From the NCBI GenBank assembly GCA_951406725.2, contig OX597816.1:82274001-82338000 (forward strand): DNA of 64,000 nucleotides. The letters run 5' to 3'. This DNA comes from Octopus vulgaris (Eukaryota). Shown one piece after another: positions 12,166-25,043 of this stretch. Under the pieces are notes generated by a model. It was not told the DNA's origin and made no database searches. It was given only the letters and a program-made list of their open reading frames with translations. The position numbers and the translations under genes were made by a program. Every line of letters starts with the position of its first letter. Positions within the stretch are counted from its first letter, which is position 1.

Positions 12166-14465
12166 GAGTCAGAAATTCATTCCCTTCATTAACCATCACC
12201 AATTTATAATATATAATTATTTACTGACAACACAGGAACATTTACATGATAGCAAATCATTTTACAAGTCTGACAATAAAGTAAATAATGTATATACACA
12301 GTGGATATAGCTTCAGTAAATCATAGATAAATCTTGAAATGACCAAACATCTTAAAAACTTAAGTCTCCAATAGTTTATTAAAAGAGAAATTTGTTTTAT
12401 AAGAAATAACATCATATATCACAAGTATTACTCTCTTAAAAAGAAAAAAAGAAAACTACTTTCTTCTGTAACACAGGGTAAGAGATACAGTTCTTTCAAC
12501 CAGTGAAGAACTAGAGTTGGGAGTTAATTGAACAGATATAGTTCAAGGGTACAAATAAGGTTTCATTGAAACACAATAACAAAAAGAGCTACCAGATACT
12601 CTGATACACTTATGCAATTACTAAATTCTTGAAATAGATGTAGGTATAAGAATGCTGTAATATACTAGAAACCCACAAATTATTTTCCTCATTAAGTTGT
12701 GTGTTTTTCAAATATGAAGAAAAGTGGGGGAAAAAACAGTTTAATTAACATTTACCATACAATTCCTAACCAGTACAATGCTCAGCCTCAAACGTCATGG
12801 CAAATATGTTCCATATGTACATACACACCAAGTGTAACAAGAAGCATTCATCAGTTTTTATTTAGTAGAAATAAATGACTATATTAATTTCTAGTGGACT
12901 TATTAAAAATATTTGGAGATCACCATTAGTATCTATTAGCTTACATTTACTAAGTTATTATCAGAACAAATTATTACATGTGGACGCTTTATAATAACTG
13001 AGTAAAACAAAAAGATAGCAACTAATGTTTGGCAAAAAATAACTCATTATGACAGATGTTTTATGGGGGGAGGTGAGACTAATATTTTCCAGGAATACAC
13101 TGAGATGCTTTAATGTCTGAGCAAAATAGTAAAGAGGTATATTTATGAAATAAAGAATAACTTGAATAAAACGGCTATGACGTTACCGACTTTCATTGTT
13201 CTTATATCAGGAAAAATTGAACTACAAATCTACAGGAACCAAACCCTTGTCTTAATTATTAAAATTGCTATGTAAAAAATAAAAACAAAATTAGTTAAAA
13301 TGTTAAATCTAATACTAGTAGTAAAGCAATTCCATGATAGGAGTATTCTTGGAGAATATGTGAATAAATACACACTCACACTTCCATAAATAGTATGAGA
13401 GTGTTGACAAAGCCAGTCAAGGTCTATTATAAACCAACTGATCAATATATGAATGGCGTACAGTTCATTCTCATTTCATTATCAATGATTGCCTTACAAT
13501 GTGTCAGTGTGTACGTACAGTTTTACTTTATTTTTCTGTCACACACACACATACTACTTCCCTCAGATTATCTTATGGCCTAGTTGAGAAGATGCTCTAA
13601 CCATGTGCTGGAGGTAATTTGTACTCTATGAATGGCTGGCAGCAATTCCTATATCTAATTGTTGGCAATGAAGATCATGCATAGGTAGTTTTCTATCTTT
13701 TTTTTTTTTTGTTCCATCATTTGTATACAGAAGGACAGATTCTGATAGCTAGTAACCAGTAGTTTACTTACACATTTGCAACACATCACATCTGCAGCAG
13801 CAGTGATAGTGAGTGGTGATGGTAATGATGGTAGCAGCAGCAGTAGTATTAGTAACAGTAGTAGCGACTAGTAGTAGGAATATTAGTTCGGTGATGAGTG
13901 AAAACATGTTTAGCATACTAGTTTACTTTAAATGAAATGTCAAAAATCCACATACAGACTGACAGAGCAAGCCAAAGTAGTATACTTCTATAATGGAAAA
14001 AGAAAATCTTAACTACAAATTAACAGAGGAAAAAGAAGAAAAAAATTCTATTTTAAAGGAAATTCAAGTGATGGGAACAGTAGAGACAAACTGACATGTA
14101 CACACAGACACACACATACAAGCAGAGAGAGGAGAGAGAGAGAGCTTTAGCATCACAACAATGGCAGATATTCCCACTCATATTTCATTACATAGTATTT
14201 TACTCACAGCTCAGTAAAAATGGTTAGTGATGTTAGCTACTTTTATGTTTAAGATATGCTATCTAAATTACATAAACACACACACATACACACGCACAAG
14301 CATTACTAGAAATATTTAAGGGCTACAACTTCCATATAGCCTCCTGTAGTCTATTGTAACTCAAAGATGTAATAGCTAGCAAAGATAATGAACAATACTA
14401 ATAGAGGACAGGAGTGCTTCATTCAGTTTCTTAGACAACTAGATTCATTTTTAATGTGACTCCTG

Positions 14466-14478
14466 CCTCTCTCTCTCG

Positions 14479-14511
<33 letters not shown>
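14466..14511. repeat. (CT)n microsatellite
   Basis: Directly visible. Confidence 0.93.
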
Positions 14512-14515
<4 letters not shown>

Positions 14516-15464
14516 GTATTTATTCAATAGAGGACTACTTTCCCTAATATGGTAAACAAGACTGCAGGCAACTTATTGAAATAACTGCATTCAGTGTGAA
14601 TCTAATACACAACAAAACTTAAGATAAAGCAATATATAGGATTATGAAAATTTACATGGTATCTTTCTTTTGATAATTATCATCTTTATTAGAAATTCGA
14701 CACAAGAACAAAATATAAGAATTTTAAAAAAACCCTATAAGTGCTTGTATGCGTATGTGCACATATGTATATGTGAAATCTAAACAAAAATAATGCTTAT
14801 CAAAAATAGGTGAAAGTATGTCAAAAAATATAAGTTTCAGCCAGAGGAATAATAAAGAAAATAGAATAGACTTATAAACTTCCATTTATTCAGTGTGGGT
14901 TTAATCTGAGAAGGGAAAGGAAAGGAAAGGCAGAAAGGGAGTTGTCAATATCACATCTTTATAAACAGAAGCCTTAAGTCAGGTGTAGAGTTTTAGAAGG
15001 TTATTTTGTGTGTGTCTGTGTGTGTGATTTAATTATAATTTAATTAATGGAAATGCTGAGACAATGTGTGTAGGTAAATTATATAGTTTGCATGTATACA
15101 TTCAATAAACATATTTAGCCTCACTGTGTAAATAGACCTGATGATTAAACTGTAGAATGGAGTGCAGAGCAGCTTGACTAGTTTCAGCATGCAAATGTAC
15201 TGATACGAAAATAAGTGAAATTATTTGCCTTTTACTAATACCATTTTTCTTAGGTAGTTGTAAGCCTCCTCCCACTCTCTCTTCTTCTCTCTTTCTATCT
15301 TTAAAACAAATGGGTTAGACACTCTTGATAAGCCGGTAAAATCAGGCAAAACTAGCCATGCTGTTCTGCATAGAGAGCACTGAGGTTTAACCACAGGGTC
15401 TATTTATAATTATAGCTAAACTAAGTGTATGTTTATTAAATGTATTTATAAACTTATTTACTAT

Positions 15465-15475
15465 ACACACACACA

Positions 15476-15514
<39 letters not shown>
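15465..15514. repeat. (AC)n(TA)n compound microsatellite
   Basis: Directly visible. Confidence 0.93.
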
Positions 15515-15516
<2 letters not shown>

Positions 15517-17087
15517 TGGAGGCATTGAAAACTAAACAAAAAACAAATACTAAAATATTGTCTTTCCTACTTCCCTTTAATATCTATTTCCAAAAGTTTT
15601 GATGACATGCAAATTTTTTTTAGTGACACACACCCACACTTAAACCCTCCCCCCACAAGAATTAGGTCACCTGGCTTGAAAATATTAATTCTAAATAGTC
15701 ACATAGAATTGAATTCACACCTTGTTTACACCTTATGTTGTTAATTAAGCTTATCTACTCCAAAGTTTAGGTAAGAAACAAAGACTCTTAGTTTACACAT
15801 GCATACATGCACACACAATCTTTTTACTTTGTTTTCAATTTTACATAAATATGGAAATGGAAGAGCAGGAACAAAGTCCCACCCCCAACAAAAAAGATTA
15901 ACAACTTCTGTTAAAAAAGATAAAGAGTTGAAGATTAAGAAAGACAAGTACAAAGATAACACACTGAATAAGAGAGAAGATAAAATATTAGAAGCCATAA
16001 TAAGTATAAAGAAAGCATCCCAACAAAAATGAAATAAAGAGAGGAGATAAAGTAAGAGGAAGAAGGTTAAAAGATAAATAGATAGGTGTATAAATAAATT
16101 AGGAACACTACAGACTCAAATAGATGGTAAAGCACAAGTGAAATTTAGCAAAAAGAAACATTCTTAAGTTTAATCTATTTTTAGGAAATCATTTCTTGAA
16201 GAGCAACAACTGCTACATAAGCTGCTGCTGTTACCTTCATCACCAACTTGGCCAGCACTCCCCTAGCAGTTAATAGTTTGGATTGTTTAATATGCATTCA
16301 TGTGATTTATTATACTCAACTGGTTCTTGACAGCTAACAGATACTGGGCTTAAGAAGTTGTGGGCATTTTTGTAATTTTTCGAATAAAAAGACCCAATTC
16401 AAGAGAATCAGCCAATCTATTTGCTCACTGACTTTATCAACAGATAGCCATCAAGGCATTAAGTACTAAATGTTTACATTATATTAACTTATATTTTCTG
16501 CAATCATCCAGGAAATAATTGGAAGCAGTTGTAATAAAAAAAAAAATTAAAAAAAGCAAAAGCTTTAAAACACCCAAAGAAATGAAAACAAAAAATATAA
16601 GAATAATCTAAGTTATACATAAGCAATCTTGTTTATAGAACTAGAAATTTGACATGATCCAAGGAAGATATTTATGAGATATAGAAACTAAAGCTAAATA
16701 ATAAACAAATAAATTTAAAAAAAGCTTTCATTCTCTCTATATATCTCTCCAACTGTACTTTGCTAAGAAGGTTTAATAAAACTGAAACTTGCCTATTCTG
16801 TTCCCCACTTGGCTTTAAAACCAGATCTGCTCCCTTATATTTTCTCTATTTTCTGAAAATTTCAGTCATTTTTTTTTTACATTTTGAGATTTGTCCCTTG
16901 CTTAATGCAGTAACATTTCTAAACACATCAAGAGGGAGTCTGTCTTTAGTAATTTTGTGGATAATCTCAGTCGATCAAAAATTTTCAACTCAACATTTTA
17001 CATACATGAACCCTACTATATCTATATTTAGTAAACAGAATGTCTCCTGATATATTTTCTGCCAGTTATATTGTTGTTATCCCTGTT

Positions 17088-17252
17088 AGGTATAAGAGGG
17101 CTGTACGGTTTTGGGTTCAGCACCACTGTGCAGTAACATAGGAAAGTATCTTCTATTACAGCCCCAGTCAGACCAAAGCAAGAATGAATTCAGGCAGAAA
17201 CTGAAAGAAGCTTTTGTGTGTGTGTGTGTGTGTGTACATATGCATACATACA

Positions 17253-17300
<48 letters not shown>

Positions 17301-17335
17301 TATATATGTATACATACATATACACACACACACTC
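17088..17335 (+). mobile_element. Partial SINE (5' half) running into a GT/TA/CA compound microsatellite
   Basis: gggttcagcaccactg B-box region and gaaactgaaagaagc shared with the other SINE copies. Confidence 0.65.
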
Positions 17336-17336
17336 A

Positions 17337-18060
17337 GCTTCCACTAACGCTTCAAGATAGTTCCAGAACCTGGCACATGCGTGCCTCACTGTGTCCTCGG
17401 AAGGTCTTTGAACACATACTTGATCTTGGCCACCAGCTCAGCCTTGGTATTGCTGGCAGAGTGGTCAGTGTCTTTCTCATTCATGCCTCCACACAGTAAT
17501 CCATGGGATTACAATCAGGGATTGGGAGGCCAGAAATTGGGACTGGTGAAGTCATAGAAATTCACCAACAAACATTTCTGACTCTTTCTAGAGGTATGGC
17601 CAGGATCCAGATCTTGCTGCCACACATGACCTTCATGCAGCAACTCTCTCCAGTCAGGGTTTGACCAGTCTCCAGCAGCTTCACAAAACCATCCGAATTG
17701 AGCCCAAGGTCCTCTGCATCAGATCTTAGATGAATTCTGATGTGCAGACACAGTCAGAATGCCTGCTGTGTCTCTTCTTACTGGCCATGGCTTCATAGTC
17801 TCTATTGCAGCTGTCCATGTCATGTCTTACAGGCATTATAGTGTTTACAGAGCATTGAGCAGCTGTCATGATATCAGCATTTTGATACTAGGGGTGAATT
17901 ACCATGATGCAGGTAACTGTTTTCCAGCATTCAGATGGCTTCCAGTCCTGCATGTTGGCTAATTTTTTCTCAACCACACCATTCATCTTTATGCTCACTA
18001 GTACCATTGACTGTTCAAGCTGTTTCTGAAAAAAGGAGCTGTAAAATCTGTCAAATTTAG
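17337..18060 (-). mobile_element. Decayed Tc1/mariner transposase, DD37D (maT-like)
   Basis: Minus strand VWQQD-LDPGHTSRKSQKCLLVNFYDFTSPNFWPPN(s)PDCNPM-DY, 37 residues between the last two Asp after one frameshift repair; C-terminal ACARFWNYLEALVEAE. Confidence 0.75.
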
Positions 18061-18077
18061 TACATAAATATATATAT

Positions 18078-18393
18078 AGGTGCAGGCATGACACCCAGGG
18101 CAAGTGTCTTCTACAATAGCCTTGGGCTGACCAAAGCCTTGTGAGTGGATTTAGTAGATGGAAACTGAAAGAAGCCGGCCGTGTGTGTGTGTGTGTGTGT
18201 GTATCTTTGTGTCTCCCTCCCTCACCATTACTTGACAACTGATGACGTGTTTACATACCCATAACCTAGCAGTTCAGCACCGATAGAATAAGTACCAAGC
18301 TTACAAGGAATAAGTTTTAGGGTCAATTTCTTTTACTAAAAGGCAGTGCTCCAGCATGGCTGCTGTCAAATGACTGAAACAAATAAAAGAATA
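18078..18393 (+). mobile_element. tRNA-derived SINE (OK-like), head internally deleted
   Basis: gggcaagtgtcttctac core, internal (GT)n, tail ggcagtgctccagcatggctgctgtcaaatgactgaaac. Confidence 0.82.
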
Positions 18394-19416
18394 AATGGTG
18401 ATTGTTCCAACTTCACAGGTGACTGTTGCTTCCTTGTCAATAGCATGTTTGACTTTCCATCCAAGACCTTTCAGATGACTATTTAGTCCTGATGCAGATC
18501 TGAATGGTTTGAAGAATAGGTGTTAGGCGAAAATTGTAACTCACTGTGTGCTTCCAATGGGGTAGGTTAGCACACATTGCTACTCTTCCATTGCCACAGG
18601 ACTTTCAGTAGATGGAATGACAACTGAGGTCACTATAAAGAGACACTGGCATATCATTAAATTATAGTGATAAATGCTTGCACAACATGAGTCTCCATGA
18701 TTAATGTCTAGTGACAGGCTGAAGGAAGGTGACCAGTAATCATGTGAAGCCATAGGTCTCTCTCCTAGAAAGATGCAGTAACAACAGCTAGGGGTCCATC
18801 ACTCCCAGTGTTTTTACAGTATACCTTGACCCCAACTAAAAGTATTTCTGCATCCTACACACTCAGAGTGTCATTACATATGTTAATTAACCTATTGCTG
18901 GGACCCTGACAGGTGCCTACTATACTGGGTCAGCATAGACTTGGGAACAACAGTGGGTAAGAGGTGGTTCTACACTCCTCAAAACCCTGGAACCCCTGAA
19001 CCACAGTTCTATTACCAGATGCAGTTCACACAGACACACACACACAAACAAATCTCGTGTGTGTGTGCACGTATTTGTTTATATGGCACTCTACAAAAAG
19101 GTGCTTGCTATGCCTTTTTGTGCTTCTGATGAAGGTCATAAAATAAAAATATGAGGTGATTACTAAATAGAGGATACAGTTTTAATAAAATACAAGACAT
19201 TTTATGCTTGCTCTAAGCAATCTAATACCAGCAATAAATAAAATATTTTCATAATAAGGACCCAACTGAGCTAATATACTAGCAGTTTAGACAACTGTTA
19301 AAATCTAAAGAAAAAAAAAGAAAAAAATCCACCTAAAGCTTCAAGTTTATTTTATAAACTGAGTGAGAAATTCAAATTTTGGTATTAAATGGGAGGGTTA
19401 AATATTGACAACCACA

Positions 19417-19448
<32 letters not shown>

Positions 19449-20346
19449 GAAATTATTATTTTTTTCTATAAGGCTTTGAGAATTATTTGTTCATTTTTAT
19501 GCTTGCTTTCCTATGTTAGCATTGCTTTCATTTCTCTAGATTAGAATTAACACAATAAAATGTCTATTATTATTTTTATAATTCATTAAAATGGGAAACA
19601 GATTGAAGATTGAAATTTTAAACAAGATGATACATGTGCACATGTATGCACACACATGTACATTTATATAGTACTGTTCTGCTAATCTAGTCCCCTTTGG
19701 TTCTGTGGAGTGCCACATTTTCAAATCTGTTTGAGTATTGGAACTCAGGTTTAAAAACAACAAAATCACATTTTGTAACCAGGTCATCAAAAATGCAGCC
19801 TCAATATCTGCCATCATTGTTTTCATTGGACAAATTAAGTTTATGAATACAATATCATATTTTAAAGTTTGTAAATCACCAAACTGTCAACAAGTATGTT
19901 TCAGTGTTACCCAAGCTTTATGTTTTCAATGGTCGTTCACCCTGAAACTGACTTTTAAAAATGTCAAACACCAAGATCTTTGATTCTGAATCAGCTATAA
20001 ATCACATTAGTTACCTTTTGTTTTTAAAATACTATATTATTTCAATTCATAAGAGCAAATATGGAGTTACATGGTTTCCTTTCACACCTTTCTGAAGTTG
20101 GTTAGTCTTATTAACACTGGGTAATAGTTTTACTAATGGATGGACAAAGGCAGTATTTGAAACACTGACCTTTTCAACTTGAAAGTAAACATAACAGAAT
20201 GATGTTGGCAGCCAATGGCTACCACATGTTGGTGGGAGCATGAAGCACAACAAAAAATGCCAGGCAATCAGGTCTGCCAGATTAATGGAACTTTATGATG
20301 TTCTGGTAACTAAAGAGATTCTAAAGTATTTTTTTTTATTACCACA

Positions 20347-20743
20347 TCTTTATATATAAAAGAGAAGTTGTGTGTCTGTCTCCTACGATTTAGATTCCTA
20401 ACTACCACCACATTTTGCGGTGCAGTGTAACCAAAAACGGGTATCTTATAGTCGTGATTCATATCGAGCCCTTCTGGGTATTAGCGCGCGTCTACGATGA
20501 GTCTACGATTTAAAAAAAAAATTCACCATCATTTTTTCCCATTTTTAATGCATTTTTTTTGCTATTATATAAGGGAAGTAACTCTCTAAAAATGTATTAT
20601 TAAATCTCAGAACGTAAAAAGCTACAGTAACACCCCACTTTGTGGTTAGCCATATTGAGATGGCTATTATACGTTACATCTCTAAAAATGCTTATATAGT
20701 TATTTCCCTTACAAACCCGAGCAACGCCGGGTGATACTGCTAG
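20347..20743 (+). mobile_element. Non-autonomous Helitron, 397 bp
   Basis: Inserted between A and T. 5' TCTTTATATATAAAA, subterminal hairpin CCCGAGCAACGCCGGG (20716-20731), 3' CTAG. CpG-rich relative to the flanks. Confidence 0.85.
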
Positions 20744-21059
20744 TTAACTATAAACTAATAATCAGTATTAAAGTCAATTTTAAGTAAATAATATTGTGCC
20801 AATGAATAAATTTCTTGCTTGTAAATCCATCCCACCCTTACCAAATCACTTATCACATTGTAGTATGATGATGCTGACTTAAGAATATTATCTGCAGATA
20901 ACATTAATAAGTTACTCATGAATGACTGTCAGAAGAATGGAGAAACCAAAAAACTTCTGTCTATTGATATTCATTATAAGTCTGATGTACTTTTTGTTTA
21001 TATCAGAAAATAATGGTAAAAAAATGCATTTTAAGTTAAGAAGTTCCAAAACTATGCTC

Positions 21060-21202
21060 TTAACCATTTTGATATGCTATTAACTTGTTCCAAATACCAA
21101 CCTAATAATGACAGTTATTTAACTAAATTCTTCATTATTTTCAAAATTAATTGAAAAGAAAGTAGTGTATTTCAATAGCAATATGGTAATAAAAGGATTA
21201 AA
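21060..21202. mobile_element. Degenerate TTAA-flanked MITE; related inverted copy at ~59145-59363
   Basis: ttaaccattttg...aaaaggattaa ends; internal actaaattctt...agtgtatttcaa matches the reverse complement of 59160-59220. Confidence 0.5.
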
Positions 21203-22624
21203 AGATTAGATCATTTAAAACAAGGAAAATTATGACGCCATTCAGAGAGTGGTGTCATTTGAAAATATCTTTAACAATCTAGGTGATGATTTGTTTGAAT
21301 GTAGTAAAAACCATATTATAGGAATCTATAAGTTAGAAAAAAATTACAAGTAAATCTTTTAGGAAAAAGAACATACTGATTTAAAAAAGAAAAAGCCACA
21401 AATTTATCCAACACATTTGAATAAATTTGATCTAAATTATACAAAATATGAAGCATTTTCCAGATTTAAACTATGCAAAAAATAATGAAAACTAGTTTGA
21501 AAAGAAGGGTACTAAGGTTGACCAACAATTTTATGGGGTAAAAAGCAGGTTTTAAATAAAATCTCCCTTTCTACTTACATGTAAACAGCACAAGGTATAT
21601 TTACCAAAGATTAAAGCAAATATTGTCAGAGCTTTCTGCACTACAAACTGTGTCAATGATTTATTTATATTAGAGGATCATTGAAAACCAAAGTAATGCT
21701 TGGAATGAAAAGTTATGGATTAACCAACAAATTAGTAATCATACCAAAAAGGAAAGAGATAAACATGGTCAGGCCCACTAAACTAAAACTAAGCCAGCTG
21801 ACTATCCCAGAGTTAAAATGTAAACAAAGATTAATATCAAACTAGATCAAAAGATTAATTGAATCATACCAAAACATGGTTGTTTCTTCTTTCTTAGTAC
21901 ATTAGAACTACACTTTCTCAGGCAGTTGTAAGGTCAGTTTGACCTTAGAGCAAATTCTTTGAATGGGCATGGTTAGTGTAAAGATTGGTTCCAAGCAAGC
22001 ATATCTGTGATTCAGTTTCAACTTCTGATTGTAGTTTATTTCTCTTTCACCTATATCACTAGTGCACTTCTTGAGTAGTACTGACCAACAATCCTATTCT
22101 TTTTGTATTAAATCTGAGACTTTGTCTATTAAGAAATCATTATTTTAAATAATAGAAAAGACAATCTGAATTAGCAGTTTCATATTTAGTACCAAAAATA
22201 CAAAAGCCTTGATAATAAATATAAGCAATAAATGAACAGATGCATACACATGTACATACAAAGACGCTAGAGTTCAACTAATGTATTAAATGAGGAATTG
22301 AATTTGAAACATGTTAGTAAGTGTCTTGAAAAATATGTACAACTACACAAATTGATAGAGTTACACATATTTTCCAAGAATTATGTCTTTATCTTTCACC
22401 TCCACTGCTATAATCTCAACTCTTCTGAACCTCTGGATGACATACAACATACACTCAAACATCTGTCCAATTTTCTCAATCCTTCTTCTTCAGTTTGTAT
22501 CATATTGGAACTTCTCTGCCAATATTTTCCTCACAAATATCAATCTGAAGGATTCTAACTGAACATTAACCACACTGGCCTTATTTATCTTTTTCAAGTA
22601 CCCTGAGAGAAAAGTTGGACCTAA

Positions 22625-23466
22625 GAAGCATCAGATGTGTGCAAGAGAGACGACTGCACTGACATGGTCAGGTGGCAAGAATGGATGAAGATAGCTGTGT
22701 GAAAATGTGCCACACCCTAGTGGTTGAGGGAACATGTGGAAGAGGTAGACCAAGGAAGACCTGGGATGAAATGGTGAAGCACGACCTTCGAACATTAGGC
22801 CTCACCGAGGCAATGACTAGTGACCGAGACTTTTGGAAATATGCTGTGATTGAGAAGACCCAGCAAGCCAAGTGAGACCATAACCTTGTGGCCTATGCCA
22901 GGGGTGTAACCAGCCCATTTATGTGTACCTTTCCTTCATTGGACACTAAACTCTGCTTGCGAAGACTTGTTGAGGCAAGTGAAATCGAAATCAAATTCGA
23001 TGACTGGCATCCGTGCTAGTGGAGTGCTAAGAGCACCATCCAAGCCTGATCATTGCCAGAGCGGCTAACTGGCTTCCATGCCGGTGGTATGTAAAAGGCA
23101 CCATTCGAGCGTGATCGTTACCAGTGTCGGCTTACTGGTACTTGTGCCAGTGGCATGTGAAAAAACATTTGAGCGAGGTCGTTGCCAGTGCCCCTGGACT
23201 GGCTCCTGTGCAGGTGGCACGTAAAAAACACCATTTGAGCATGGCTGTTGCCAGTACCGCCTGACTGGCCCTCATGCCGGTAGCAGGTAAAAGCACCCAC
23301 TACACTCTTGAAGTGGTTAGCATTAGGAAGGGCATCCAGCTGTAGAAACTCTGCCAGATCAGATTGGAGCCTGGTGCAGCCTTCTGGTTCACCAGTCCTC
23401 AGTCAAATCGTCCAACCCATGCTAGCATGGAAAGCGGACATTAAACGACGATGATGATGATGATGA
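22625..23466 (+). mobile_element. 5'-truncated RTE-clade LINE (ORF C-terminus + 3' UTR)
   Basis: ORF 22672..22875 has GRGRPRKTW, typical of the RTE C-terminus; ends tccaacccatgctagcatggaaagcggacattaaacgac(gat)n. Confidence 0.85.
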
Positions 23467-24214
23467 GCTTAAGTTAAGTTTGACAGACTAAGTGTTGGAT
23501 GTCCTTCCACCTCAAACTAAAAGATAACTAATAAGTATAAACATAATAAATAAACATAAAAAACAACTACCAAGACATCTATATATATCATTGGCATTTA
23601 CATGAAATTTCTATTGTTTCTTTTCATGGCAACTGATTGAACAGACAGACAAAATCTTAAGGTCAAGCTATATTGACAAATATGTAATTAGACTTATTTG
23701 AATGGAATATAAATATAAAGATCATCATTATCATTCTCAATTCACATCTATTTATAAAAAAAAAAAACAAGGAAAAAAAAGCACTGGCATTAGATGGATG
23801 GAATAATAATGTATCACTTCTGAGATAATGTTTTCAGTGACTGTTCTAAATTGTTTTTTCTCAAATATTCCTGACTTTACTTTTACTAAAGGTTCCTAAT
23901 CCTGGCACAGTTAACATATTTAATGGTCTTTCTGGCTACACAACACTGCATGAGGCTTGTGTCTCCTACCCCACTCTCTCACTCCACACACACACACCTA
24001 TAATACAATATTTCAAATACAGAAGAAAATCAAATATTTCTTGTATCAGAAAAATACAACTACTATTATTTCATCATGAATGACTTATTTTAGAATGAAG
24101 GATGATATTTTGGAGGAGCTGTGGTCATGGCAGGAGCAGCAGAACTTATTGTAGAGATGAGATGTTAGTAAAAATAATCAGGACATAAAACAATTGGGTG
24201 AAAGAGGTTATTGA

Positions 24215-24800
24215 CAAAACTTCAATTGAGCCAGAATACATTTTACAAAGTGCTTACTAGAACTTTGATCTTGGCTAAGTTAACTTTAAGGCATTTTCAT
24301 TCCAGGTTTTGTTTCCATTGCTGGAATTTCTTTTCTAATCCTACTATAGATTCAGCTATAAGAACAAGGTCATCAACACAGAAATTCCCATGGGCAACCA
24401 GTCTGGTATGGTGCAAAGGAGGAGGACTATGGTGAACAGGAGGGGATTAAGAGTCAAGCACTGGTGAACTACTACCTGTGCACTAAATTCATTGCTGTAC
24501 CCATTTTTAACTCTCATCTCACTGACAGCACTCCCACACATGGTTTAAATGAATCTCACCAACCATTTAGCCATTCTTAGTTTCTGCAGTGATCACTAGA
24601 TCAGGGGGTTGAAGGACCTTGTTGAAGGCTTTCTCCAGGTCAAGGAATGTCAAGTACAGCAGTTTACTTTTGGTTATACATTTCACCAGTAGATGCCTTA
24701 CTAGGAAGAGAACATCAGTGGTACATCTCCCTGGCACAAAACCAAACTGCATCACATCTAGTCTCTCTTCCCAATTAGCTGAACTATAACTTTCTGTAAC
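24215..24800 (-). mobile_element. Decayed RTE LINE RT region
   Basis: ORF 24567..24755 MQFGFVPGRCTTDVLF...FLDLEKAF; LNPLLFTIVL. Confidence 0.78.
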
Positions 24801-24978
24801 TTAGATGTGTGTGTGTTTTACTTATTGTGTGTGTACATGTACACATGCATGCATATGTGAGAGAAGAGAAAGAGAGAAGGTAGGAGCAACACAACTAAAT
24901 TTTATAGCAAAAACCTTGACTAACTGTTTTTATTTGAATTTGTATTTACAGACACAGATATCCACACACATACACAAG

Positions 24979-24980
<2 letters not shown>

Positions 24981-25042
<62 letters not shown>

Positions 25043-25043
25043 A
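24981..25043. repeat. (GT)n/(GTAT)n microsatellite
   Basis: Directly visible. Confidence 0.95.

Noticed and set aside
14155-14217. ACAACA-ATG-G start context after a GA repeat on the plus strand
   Set aside because: Only an 18-codon frame, weak donor, no recognisable homology
15799-16032. Lys-rich 77-aa ORF
   Set aside because: Product of purine-rich low-complexity sequence; no domain or splice support
23000-23300. CRISPR-like look of regularly spaced palindromic repeats
   Set aside because: Eukaryotic LINE 3' UTR; whole units are homologous with no unique spacers and no cas genes
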